From: Pseudomonadota bacterium
Lineage (GTDB): Bacteria; Desulfobacterota; Binatia; Binatales; Binataceae
DNA length: 64,000 nucleotides
NCBI GenBank assembly: GCA_021323675.1
Contig: JAJPKP010000070.1
Span: 147,887 to 211,886 of the forward strand
Direction of reading: 5' to 3'
Shown one piece after another: positions 19,772-28,020 of this stretch. The notes under the pieces are model-generated. The model did no database searches and was not told the origin of the DNA. It saw nothing but the letters and a program-made list of their open reading frames with translations. Each line of letters opens with the position of its first letter. The stretch's first letter is position 1. Position numbers and translations under genes: made by a program.

Positions 19772-20779
19772 ATGGCTGAACGCAAGGTGGTCCTGCTCGA
19801 GCAAGACGATTTGATGCATCAGAACACGGGCGAATCGAATTACAACGAGAGCGCCTATTACAATTTCTTCGATCGCGGGCAGCGGTTGGGTGGGTTCGTC
19901 CGGCTGGGTAATCGTCCCAACGAAGGCTACGCCGAGATGACCGTATGCGTGTACTTGCCGGACGCGACGGTCGGCTTCATGTTCCAGCGTCCGGAAATAA
20001 AGAACAACGATGCGCACGATGCGGGCGGGCTCAAATTCCAGGTCATCAAACCGTTCGAGCATCATCGCGTTACCTATTCCGGGAAAGTATGCATGCTCAA
20101 AAATCCGCTGGAGATGGCGGATCCCGCCAAAGCGTTCAAGAGCAATCCCTACACGCGCGCAAGCATAGATCTCGATTATCGTGCGACCGCGCCCGGATGG
20201 GGCGGCGAACTGCGCGAGAAGGAGGGAGATCGATGGGTCTCTCCGAAAAATGACGGCGACCCCGGCATGCAGTTCGCCAAGGGCCATCTCGAACAGCTCG
20301 GGCACGCCACCGGGACAATCAAGATCGGAGACAAAGAATACAAATTCGACGGATTGGGCCTGCGCGACCATAGCTGGGGGCCTCGCTATTGGCAGGCGCC
20401 CAAATACTACCGATGGCTGACGATGAATTTCGATGAAGGGCTCGGCGGGATGGCTACTGTTACCGTGAATCGCGACGGCAGCCAGCATCCGGGCGGATTC
20501 ATCGCGCGAAAAGGACAGCCGACTCTGAACGTTCGTGAAGTCGAAATTGAGACGGAATTTGTCGGCGAACAAAAGCTGCACGACAAAATAAAGGCAACCA
20601 TCCGAACCGAGGCGAGCAACGACCCGATCGTCATCACGGGCAAGGTCATCTCGATGATTCCGCTGCGCAACCGCCGTGCGGGGATGGTGACGCGAATCGC
20701 CGAAGGCATGACCGAGTGGCGATGGGGAGACAAAGTGGGCTACGGTCTCGCCGAGTACCTCGATCATCTCGACGAGTAA
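19772..20779 (+). CDS. Hypothetical protein of 335 aa
   Basis: It has an ATG start with a GGGAGA RBS. No domain is recognised with confidence. It is rich in aromatic and Gly residues (HSWGPRYWQAPKYYRW). It may have a beta-rich lipocalin-like fold. Confidence 0.55.
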   Translation: MAERKVVLLEQDDLMHQNTGESNYNESAYYNFFDRGQRLGGFVRLGNRPNEGYAEMTVCVYLPDATVGFMFQRPEIKNNDAHDAGGLKFQVIKPFEHHRVTYSGKVCMLKNPLEMADPAKAFKSNPYTRASIDLDYRATAPGWGGELREKEGDRWVSPKNDGDPGMQFAKGHLEQLGHATGTIKIGDKEYKFDGLGLRDHSWGPRYWQAPKYYRWLTMNFDEGLGGMATVTVNRDGSQHPGGFIARKGQPTLNVREVEIETEFVGEQKLHDKIKATIRTEASNDPIVITGKVISMIPLRNRRAGMVTRIAEGMTEWRWGDKVGYGLAEYLDHLDE

Positions 20780-20849
20780 AATCAGGGAGCTGATAACAGG
20801 GGGCGCCCGGAAGGCGGAAGCCATCCGGGCGCCTTTATGCTTTCGGCGG

Positions 20850-21890
20850 TTAGCCCTTATCCTTCAATTCCCGCAGGCTCTGCGAATAAGGCGGGCGGGC
20901 GATTCCCCGTTCGGTTATGATCGCGGTGACAAGTTCGGCGGGAGTGACGTCGAAGGCCGGGTTGAATACCGCGACGCCGTTCGGAGCGACTCGTTTCCCG
21001 GCGAATTCGACAACTTCCTTCGGGTCTCGTTCCTCGATCGGAATCGACTCGCCTGATTCACAGTTCAGGTCGATAGAAGACAACGGCGCCGCCACATAGA
21101 AGGGCACGCCGTGGCGGCGCGCCATGACGGCAAGCGGATAGGTGCCTATCTTGTTGGCCACGTCGCCGTTGGCCGCGGTGCGGTCGGTTCCCACGATCAC
21201 GCAGTTCACGCGTCCCTTGGCAAGAACCGTAGCCGCCATGTTGTCGGCGATGACGGTGACGGGGATGTGATCCTTGCGCAGTTCCCACGCGGTGAGGCGG
21301 GAGCCCTGCAGGAAGGGCCGGGTCTCATCGGCATACACGGCCACCCTTTTGCCCGCCTCGCGCGCGGCGCGAATCACACCAAGCGCGGTGCCGTATCCGG
21401 CGGTGGCTAGAGCCCCGGCGTTGCAATGAGTAAGGACTGTAGCCGGGCTTGCCAGCAGTTCGGCGCCATAGCGGCCGAGCGATTTGTTCACCGCGAGGTC
21501 TTCACGATAGATCGCAAGCGCTTCCTCTCGCATCCGGCGGAACAGATGGTCTTTGTCGAGGTGCAGGTTGGCCTCAAGCACCCGTTCCATTCGGTCTACG
21601 GCCCAGGCGAGGTTGACCGCGGTCGGGCGAGTGGCGCGAAGAGTTTTGGACACCAGTTTGAAACGTGTCAGGGCCTTCTCACCCGCAAAACCTTTAAGAC
21701 CCAACGCGGCACCCATCGCGGCGGCGACGCCGATCGCCGGCGCCCCGCGAATAACCATCGTGCGAATCGCTTCCGCAACCCCTCGGAAATCGCGATAGGT
21801 CCGAACAACTTCGCGGCCCGGGAGCAATCGCTGATCGATCATCCGAACCGAATCGGCGCGCCATTCAATAGTCTTGACTGCCATGGTCAA
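20850..21890 (-). CDS. mtnA: S-methyl-5-thioribose-1-phosphate isomerase
   Basis: This is an eIF-2B alpha/beta/delta-family protein with full-length MtnA-like similarity. The start is either the TTG at 21890 or the in-frame ATG at 21884. Confidence 0.85.
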   Translation of the reverse strand: MTMAVKTIEWRADSVRMIDQRLLPGREVVRTYRDFRGVAEAIRTMVIRGAPAIGVAAAMGAALGLKGFAGEKALTRFKLVSKTLRATRPTAVNLAWAVDRMERVLEANLHLDKDHLFRRMREEALAIYREDLAVNKSLGRYGAELLASPATVLTHCNAGALATAGYGTALGVIRAAREAGKRVAVYADETRPFLQGSRLTAWELRKDHIPVTVIADNMAATVLAKGRVNCVIVGTDRTAANGDVANKIGTYPLAVMARRHGVPFYVAAPLSSIDLNCESGESIPIEERDPKEVVEFAGKRVAPNGVAVFNPAFDVTPAELVTAIITERGIARPPYSQSLRELKDKG

Positions 21891-22018
21891 AAGGTTCCGT
21901 CCCGCCGACTTAGACCGCGGGCAGGCCCGAAGTGCGGGAGTTCGATGGGGAAAGCCATTCGGCCTTCCTCCCGTCGATTGTTCAGGATGGCGAAGAACTA
22001 CTCAGAGTTGGCCACGGA

Positions 22019-22405
22019 CTATGAGCGCTCATAGATTCCGCGCGACTTGCGCTTGGCGAGACCCGCGTCTATCCATCGCGTTATCGCGGCAAAGATTTCC
22101 GAGGGACGTTTGTCCTTCAGCCCGCGGACCTTGCGTACATCTGACGCGGTGAACTGCTTGGGCATCTGCTTCAACACATTGCGCCAGTTGATACGTCCTT
22201 TTCCAACTCGTCCGGCTTCCGGCGCGGGCGCCGCTTCTCGGGACCCGCCGAGTAGACTACTTAGCCGAGCCTCTTCCTGCTTGAGCCGGCTGAGCTCACT
22301 TTCCTTGGCACGAATCTGTTCTCTCAAATTGGCAAGTACACTGCGAGCCTGACGCTGGATGCGCGCGAAAGCTGAAGTTACTCCGCCGAGACTGGCACGT
22401 GGCAT
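22019..22405 (-). CDS. Hypothetical coiled-coil protein of 128 aa
   Basis: It has an ATG start, and its codon usage is consistent with a real gene. The central heptad region is LREQIRAKESELSRLKQEEARLSSLL. Confidence 0.45.
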   Translation of the reverse strand: MPRASLGGVTSAFARIQRQARSVLANLREQIRAKESELSRLKQEEARLSSLLGGSREAAPAPEAGRVGKGRINWRNVLKQMPKQFTASDVRKVRGLKDKRPSEIFAAITRWIDAGLAKRKSRGIYERS

Positions 22406-23121
22406 TCAATTGACTCCTCATTCAGATCGAAAAACAAGATTCAACCTATATAATCTGTATCTTCATCACAAGCGCGATCTGGAATGAGATAAATTGAATA
22501 GCGGCGATGGCTCGATCTGAGATTGAACATCTCCACACATTAATTATTCGCTTACGCGATCATGCACGCCAAAACCGAACCCAGGCGGTTTTTCGATTGG
22601 CTTCGCGATGCAAATCGCTGAAAAGAGAAGAGCAGCTTTCCGGGGGCGATTTCCAGCGGAAGGATTCAGGCAATACCATCGCGCGATCGAGTGGGCGAAA
22701 AGGATGCAGGGGTGAAGCGCGGCGGGATTTGGTCGGCGCGCGGAGCGAGCGGGCGAGGGCGGTGACTCCGTACAAAATAAAACTTTGTTTCTTTTTGGCG
22801 TCGCCTTTAAGGCGGATTTGGCCGTTTTGGTTCGGTTACTTTCGCGTCTTTCGCTTCAAATTGGGGGCTGGAGTCCTAAATTTGCTCCTTTCCTGTGGCC
22901 ACTATCAACTCACAGTCAATGAACCCCCAAATTGCCGTCCGATTATGCCTGTATTTATCTCGATCACGATGGTATAAAAGAGTCAACTTTCGTAAGGTGC
23001 GCGCCGTCGACGTCTTTGTCCCACCGATCGGTCAAACGACACAATTTCCGTATTCGCGATAACCGGAAAGTGCGCGGGCGCTCGTGGGGCCAAGAATCTG
23101 GGGGGCGCCGGGGAGAAGGTA
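22406..23121. promoter_or_regulatory. A ~716-bp divergent non-coding region of lower GC; a probable promoter plus a long 5' leader for the RRM-protein gene
   Basis: The region has no credible ORF. The only candidate, 22507..22977, is low-complexity. It contains AT-rich stretches (TATATAATCTGTATCTTCA, TTAATTATTCGCTTACG, AAAATAAAACTTTGTTTCTTTTT) that are unusual for this genome. Confidence 0.4.
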
Positions 23122-23406
23122 ATGGGTCGCAGACTGTATGTTGGGAATCTGGCTTGGACTGTGACTGATCAAGACCTGCAGGAGGCATTTTCAGAAGCGG
23201 GTAAGGTAGACAGTTCACAAGTCATCATTGACCGGGCGACGAATCGCTCAAGAGGGTTTGGTTTCGTGGAGATGGCATCCGAGGAAGCCGCGGAGGCCGC
23301 TATCAAGAAACTGAACGGAAGAGACATCAAGGGAAGACCAATCAAGGTCAACGAAGCCCAAGCGCGAAACAACGATCGCAGGGGAGGACCGCGCGACCGC
23401 GCTTAG
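23122..23406 (+). CDS. RRM-type RNA-binding protein
   Basis: It has RNP2 (LYVGNL) and RNP1 (RGFGFVEM). The protein is 94 aa with a Gly/Arg tail. The RBS is GGAGAAGG. Confidence 0.9.
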   Translation: MGRRLYVGNLAWTVTDQDLQEAFSEAGKVDSSQVIIDRATNRSRGFGFVEMASEEAAEAAIKKLNGRDIKGRPIKVNEAQARNNDRRGGPRDRA

Positions 23407-23683
23407 TCTTCGGCCGCCGCGCCGGCAGGGAAGGGTTGTTCGCGAGGATCCTTCCTTCCGTGCCAGCGGCGGGCCGGCATCCTTCTGTCAGCGAAACAGA
23501 AACTGAATCAATCGCCACCACCACCGTCTTCGCAAAGGATCTTCGAGGTCCGAGCCGCGTATCTCGCGGCTTCATGTTCGCCGTTGCATTGACGGCATCT
23601 GCGGAACAGGAGAGGCCTGTATCAAAACGGCTTCCGTACGGGGCAGCGAGGCCTGAAATTGCTCGCTCTCGCCTCCTCGGCGG

Positions 23684-24655
23684 GTGGAGCTGAAGCGAAT
23701 CGTCCGTTACGCTGGGGCCGTGGAGTTCATAACGCTTGAAGCCCAGAGTGAGCGTGCGACAATCGCGCCCGATCTCGGATGCCAGTGCTTCGAGTACCGG
23801 GTCGCGTCGCTCGACGTGATCGCGGGTCCGCCCGACATCGAAACCTGGCGCGCCCATCCTTTTCGCAGCGGAATTCCATTTCTGTTTCCATGGCCCGGGC
23901 GGGTAGCGGGCGGCCGGTTCAGATTCGGTGGCAGGGAAATCGACTTGCCGATCAACGAGCCGGCGCGCGGCCACTCTATCCATGGCCTCACGTGGAATTG
24001 CGCGTTCGCGGTAACTCGGCGCGGTCCCTATTACGTACATACAGAGTTGGTTTCATCCTCGGATGCCGAGTTGCGCCGGATTTGGCCATGGCCATTCATT
24101 CTTGAAATCGACTACGAAGTCGGCAATGGCCTGCGCGTGCGCGCGAGGCTGAGGAACACCGGACAGGAGCCGATGCCGTTCGGCCTTGGAGCGCATCCGT
24201 ATTTTCATGCGCCGGCGGGAGGTGTGGGCGCGCGCGGAGAGCTGACGGTTCAGGTGCCGGCGGCACTCGCGCAATGGCCCCTGGATGACAAAATGATCCC
24301 GACGGGCTCTCCCGTTGCTCTGCGCGGAAAGAACGACCTCCGCCAGCCACGAAAGCTCGGCGTCGAGAGTTATGACGATGCGTTTCGGCTGGACCCCGCT
24401 CGGAGCCTCGCCGATCCCTGCGCGCGCCTGGTGAATCCCGCGAATCGGACCGCGATCGAAATTCGCGCCGAGGCGGAGTTCGGCGAATTCGTCGTGTATG
24501 CGCCCCCGGATCGCGAAGTAGTCGCTCTCGAGCCGTACACGTGCGGGCCCGATGCGTTCAACCTCGCGAACCGCGGGATTGAATCGGGCCTTCGTGTCGT
24601 CAAGCCGGGCGAGTCCTTCGAGACCGGCTTCGAGATACGGCTTAGCGCCCCTTGA
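23684..24655 (+). CDS. Aldose-1-epimerase (galactose mutarotase-like) family protein
   Basis: GIPFLFPWPGR, HGLTWN, PFGLGAHPYF and EPYTCGPDAFN match the mutarotase-family fold. Confidence 0.65.
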   Translation: MELKRIVRYAGAVEFITLEAQSERATIAPDLGCQCFEYRVASLDVIAGPPDIETWRAHPFRSGIPFLFPWPGRVAGGRFRFGGREIDLPINEPARGHSIHGLTWNCAFAVTRRGPYYVHTELVSSSDAELRRIWPWPFILEIDYEVGNGLRVRARLRNTGQEPMPFGLGAHPYFHAPAGGVGARGELTVQVPAALAQWPLDDKMIPTGSPVALRGKNDLRQPRKLGVESYDDAFRLDPARSLADPCARLVNPANRTAIEIRAEAEFGEFVVYAPPDREVVALEPYTCGPDAFNLANRGIESGLRVVKPGESFETGFEIRLSAP

Positions 24656-25451
24656 ACTTGGGCTCGCGCCTCTCCGCCAGGGCTCGGGCTCCCTCGCGGA
24701 AGTCCTCGGTCATCAGAAGCGAGCTTTGCGCGAGTATCTCCAGTTCCATGAAGGTCATCTTGTCGAGGCTGTGGCCGCGATCGATGATCCGTTTTGCGAG
24801 CCCGACGGCAGCCGGCGCGTTGCGGGCCATCTCGCGCGCCAACTCTTCAGCCGCGCGAACATGAGCGCCGGGTTCGACCACGCGGTTCGCAAGTCCGATT
24901 CGTTCCGCTTCATCGGCGTCGATAAGCCGCGCGGTCATGATCAGTTCCTTCGCGCGCGCGTATCCGACCGTGCGCGTCAGCCGTGTCGTTCCGCCGACGT
25001 CGGGCACCAGGCCGACGCGTACCTCCGGCATCCCCATCCGCGTGCCTTTCGCGACGATCCGCGCGTCACAGGCCAGCGCGATTTCCAGGCCGAGGCCGCC
25101 CGCATAGCCATGGATAGCGCCGATCACCGGTTTCTCGATCGTTTCAAGCCGGTTGAGCGCCGCCTGCGATTCGCCCACGAAGTGGCGAAAGCGCGCGAGG
25201 TCCGGACCCCCGCCCGATCCTGACGATGCGCCGGTGTCGCTGGTCAGAGATTTGAAATCGATGCCGGCCGAGAATACTTCGCCCTCTCCGTACAGAACGA
25301 TCGCGCGCACCTCGGGCTTGTTCACCTCGACTAGGGCGCGCGGCAAAGCTTCGAGCATCTCGCCGCTTACGGCGTTGCGCTTCTCAGGCCGGTTGAGTCC
25401 GATATAGGCGATCTCGCCTTCGATTCGGGTTTTTACAATTCCTTCAGCCAT
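24642..25451 (-). CDS. Enoyl-CoA hydratase/isomerase (crotonase) family protein
   Basis: It has the crotonase fold, including AVSGEMLEAL, a GEGEVFSAGIDFK oxyanion-hole region, and GYAGGLGLEIALACD. Confidence 0.85.
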   Translation of the reverse strand: MAEGIVKTRIEGEIAYIGLNRPEKRNAVSGEMLEALPRALVEVNKPEVRAIVLYGEGEVFSAGIDFKSLTSDTGASSGSGGGPDLARFRHFVGESQAALNRLETIEKPVIGAIHGYAGGLGLEIALACDARIVAKGTRMGMPEVRVGLVPDVGGTTRLTRTVGYARAKELIMTARLIDADEAERIGLANRVVEPGAHVRAAEELAREMARNAPAAVGLAKRIIDRGHSLDKMTFMELEILAQSSLLMTEDFREGARALAERREPKFKGR

Positions 25452-25466
25452 TGCCGGCTCCTTGGG

Positions 25467-26522
25467 TCAGGGTTTGATCAACACCTTGAGCGCGCCCTCG
25501 CTGCGCGCATCGAATATCTTGTAGCCATACGGCGTTTCGTCGAGCGCAAGGGTATGGCTGACGATCGGCCGCGGGTCGATCTTGCCGCGTTCCATGAGCT
25601 TGGCGAGATGCGGGATGTTGCTGCGGATGTTGGCGAGGCCAGTGCGGAAGGTGAGGTCCTTCATGAACGCCGCCATCATCGGAAAGCTGATTGATGGATC
25701 GCTGATCACGCCGACCATCGACAGCGTGCCGCCGCCGCGCACTGCCTGAAAGGCGGCTTCGAGGGCGGAAATATGGCCCACGGCCTCGATCGCCACATCG
25801 GCACCGCGCCCGTCAGTGCGCTCGAGGATGTACTTCTGCGCTTCGTCGACCTTTACGGCGGTTGCCCCGAGCTTTCGCGCGAGGTCGAGGCGATAGGGGA
25901 AATTATCGACCGCGATAACCTCGGCCGGCCCGAAAAGCTGCGCCGTGATAATCGAGCACAATCCAACCGGACCGCATCCGAAGATTGCGACGGTATCGCC
26001 CGGCTCTATGTCGCCATTGAGCGCGCCGAAGTAACCAGTAGGAAGGATGTCGGCCAGGAACACCGCCGCGTCGTCCGGGATGGAATCGGGAAGCGGAAAG
26101 CAGGTGTAGTCGGCAAGCGGGACAGTCACGGCCTCGGCCTGTTCGCCGCCGATCTCTCCGAAGGTGCCAGCGAAGTTCTTGCCGTAGCCGAACACGGCTG
26201 CTCCGCTTACCGAGCACTGTGCAACCTGGCCGCGGCGGCAGAAAAAGCATTCTCCACAAGCAACCGCGCCGGCGACGACAACGCGTTGGCCTTTTTTCAG
26301 ATGGCTTACGCCCTTTCCGAGTTCTTCCACCACCCCAACGCCCTCGTGTCCCAACACGAAGCCGGGCACGACCGGCTGGCTGCCGTGGTACGAGTGGAGG
26401 TCGGACCCGCAGATTGCGGCGCGCGTGATCCGGACAATTGCGTCGGTGGGGGATTTGATGGTTGGGTCGGGAACTGTTTCCACTCTGACATCGCGGGGAC
26501 CGTGAAAAACCGTTGCTTTCAT
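25467..26522 (-). CDS. Zn-dependent alcohol dehydrogenase family protein (formaldehyde-DH-like)
   Basis: It has CGSDLH zinc ligands, a GHEGVG motif, a structural-Zn Cys cluster (CGECFFCRRGQVAQC), and the GCGPVG Rossmann motif. Confidence 0.85.
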   Translation of the reverse strand: MKATVFHGPRDVRVETVPDPTIKSPTDAIVRITRAAICGSDLHSYHGSQPVVPGFVLGHEGVGVVEELGKGVSHLKKGQRVVVAGAVACGECFFCRRGQVAQCSVSGAAVFGYGKNFAGTFGEIGGEQAEAVTVPLADYTCFPLPDSIPDDAAVFLADILPTGYFGALNGDIEPGDTVAIFGCGPVGLCSIITAQLFGPAEVIAVDNFPYRLDLARKLGATAVKVDEAQKYILERTDGRGADVAIEAVGHISALEAAFQAVRGGGTLSMVGVISDPSISFPMMAAFMKDLTFRTGLANIRSNIPHLAKLMERGKIDPRPIVSHTLALDETPYGYKIFDARSEGALKVLIKP

Positions 26523-26647
26523 CTGGCAGCCTCTCCTGGCGCTTAATCGCGCCGTGTTCGATAACGGACGCGATAATTGCACAGTTTCGTTCGGGTTTGC
26601 AGCCGCGATGAATCCCGTGATAATTGCAGGAGTTCCCGGGAGGCATC

Positions 26648-27085
26648 ATGATTCAAAACGTAAAAAAGGTAATGGCGCCGCTTGATTTTTCAGATCATTC
26701 GGCCGAGGCATTGCGCAACGCGTGGGAACTGACTCGCGACGTCAACGGCGAACTGCACATCGTGCACGTCGTCGGCCACCACTTCAACATCCTCGAGGGA
26801 TCGCGGGAGTTGATGCGCGAGACCGCGATGCAGGAGCAGGCGGAGGAAGAACTCGCTCGCCTGAAAAAGGACGAGCTCGGCAACTCGGATAAGGTGACGA
26901 CCGCGGTTCTGACCGGACCGCCGGCCGCTCAGCTTGCTCAATACGCCCGAGAGCGCAACATCGATCTCATCGTGCTGCCCGCGTTCGGGCACAGCGGCTC
27001 GGAGTATGCGCTAATCGGCGGAGTTACCGAAAAGCTGGTCCGCAATGCGCCGTGCTCGGTGCTGGTGCTGCGCGCTCGCGGCTGA
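26648..27085 (+). CDS. Universal stress protein (UspA family)
   Basis: The protein has the Usp fold and ends with the ATP-binding motif GSVTEKLVRNAPCSVLVLR. The ATG at 26648 has a GGGAGG RBS. The track ORF begins at the TTG at 26624. Confidence 0.8.
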   Translation: MIQNVKKVMAPLDFSDHSAEALRNAWELTRDVNGELHIVHVVGHHFNILEGSRELMRETAMQEQAEEELARLKKDELGNSDKVTTAVLTGPPAAQLAQYARERNIDLIVLPAFGHSGSEYALIGGVTEKLVRNAPCSVLVLRARG

Positions 27086-27111
27086 TTTCGCGTCGCGACG
27101 GAGAATTGCCG

Positions 27112-27510
27112 ATGAATCTTCAGGAACAGAAAGACCGCGCGCTCACTTTTCTCAAGAATCTCGAAAAGCCCGATCCGCAGGTCCTCGACGGCTTGCTGGC
27201 CAACGAATTCGAATTCGAGATGATGGGGCGATTGCCCGGAGTCGCGCCGATGAAAGGCAAGGATACCTTTCTCAAGGCGATGCCTGCGACGCTGAAGGCG
27301 ATGTTCCCGAATGGACTGAATCTGAAGTTCCACACGGTAGTTGCGGAAGGCCCTCACGTCGCGATCCAGGCGGAGTCGGATACGACGGCCGCAAACGGAA
27401 AGAAGTACGCGAACCGATACCACTTTTATTTCCGCTTCGACGGCGATCGCATCGGGCAGGTGCGAGAGTACAACGACACCAATCACGTCCGCGAAGTTTT
27501 CATGAGTTGA
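27112..27510 (+). CDS. SnoaL-like / NTF2-fold protein
   Basis: The protein is about 133 aa with an NTF2-like fold pattern. The ATG at 27112 sits inside the longer track ORF. Confidence 0.6.
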   Translation: MNLQEQKDRALTFLKNLEKPDPQVLDGLLANEFEFEMMGRLPGVAPMKGKDTFLKAMPATLKAMFPNGLNLKFHTVVAEGPHVAIQAESDTTAANGKKYANRYHFYFRFDGDRIGQVREYNDTNHVREVFMS

Positions 27511-27683
27511 CCGAAGTTCGGCCGCGAGGAAAAAAAGGGGCCGAGCGAATTGCTCCGCCCGGCCCATTGCCAACCGGGAAAAGGGGGGCAAACCCCGGCC
27601 AGCACTTCGTATTTTACCCAATAGACGTCAGCTTGCAACGAAAAATCGCGGTCGCCGGGCCCAACTAAATCCCTCCCAGTTGA

Positions 27684-27956
27684 TTATTTTTCAACTCCCC
27701 CTCCGATAGCGGGAAGAAAATGGACTTCGCTTTCGTCGCCAACCGGCTCCATCGCGCCTCCAGGTCCGATTTCTCCATCGACCGAGACCGCCACTGACGG
27801 CTTGAGATCGTCTCCTTCCAGCAGATGCTGGGCAATTCCAGGAAATTGACGGTCCAGATCGGCAATTAACTCTCGCACGTTGCGGCCACGTGCAGTTATG
27901 CGCTCTTTACCGTCGGTAAATTTGCGCAAAAGAGCGGGAATCACCGCGATCGCCAT
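27684..27956 (-). CDS. MoaD/ThiS-family ubiquitin-like small protein whose C-terminus (...AIGGGVEK) extends beyond the Gly-Gly
   Basis: It shows full-length similarity to MoaD/CysO-type carriers (VIPALLRKFTDGKERIT...SVDGE...EVHFLPAIGGG). Three residues (VEK) follow the Gly run. I verified this by hand-translating the 3' end. Confidence 0.7.
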   Translation of the reverse strand: MAIAVIPALLRKFTDGKERITARGRNVRELIADLDRQFPGIAQHLLEGDDLKPSVAVSVDGEIGPGGAMEPVGDESEVHFLPAIGGGVEK

Positions 27957-28020
27957 AACTTAAAATACGGAGAGCCGGGCCTTCACGACCCGGCTCTCAT
28001 CCAGTTCGCTTCTGCGATGG

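Noticed and set aside
22390-22406. TGGCACGTGGCATTC, which looks like a sigma-54 -24/-12 element
   Set aside because: It is the coding start, read as the reverse complement, of the minus-strand gene 22019..22405 (ATG CCA CGT GCC AGT...). The -12 GC dinucleotide is also missing.
22507-22977. A 156-aa ORF inside the long intergenic region upstream of the RRM gene
   Set aside because: The sequence is low-complexity (..KIKLCFFLASPLRRIWPFWFGYFRVFRFKL..). There is no RBS. It spans AT-rich promoter-like DNA. It is more likely non-coding leader or regulatory sequence.
27537-27565. The GGGCCGAGCG...CGCCCGGCCC hairpin after the SnoaL-like gene, as a possible rho-independent terminator
   Set aside because: The stem is imperfect and no U-tract follows it. 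It is not reported as a feature.
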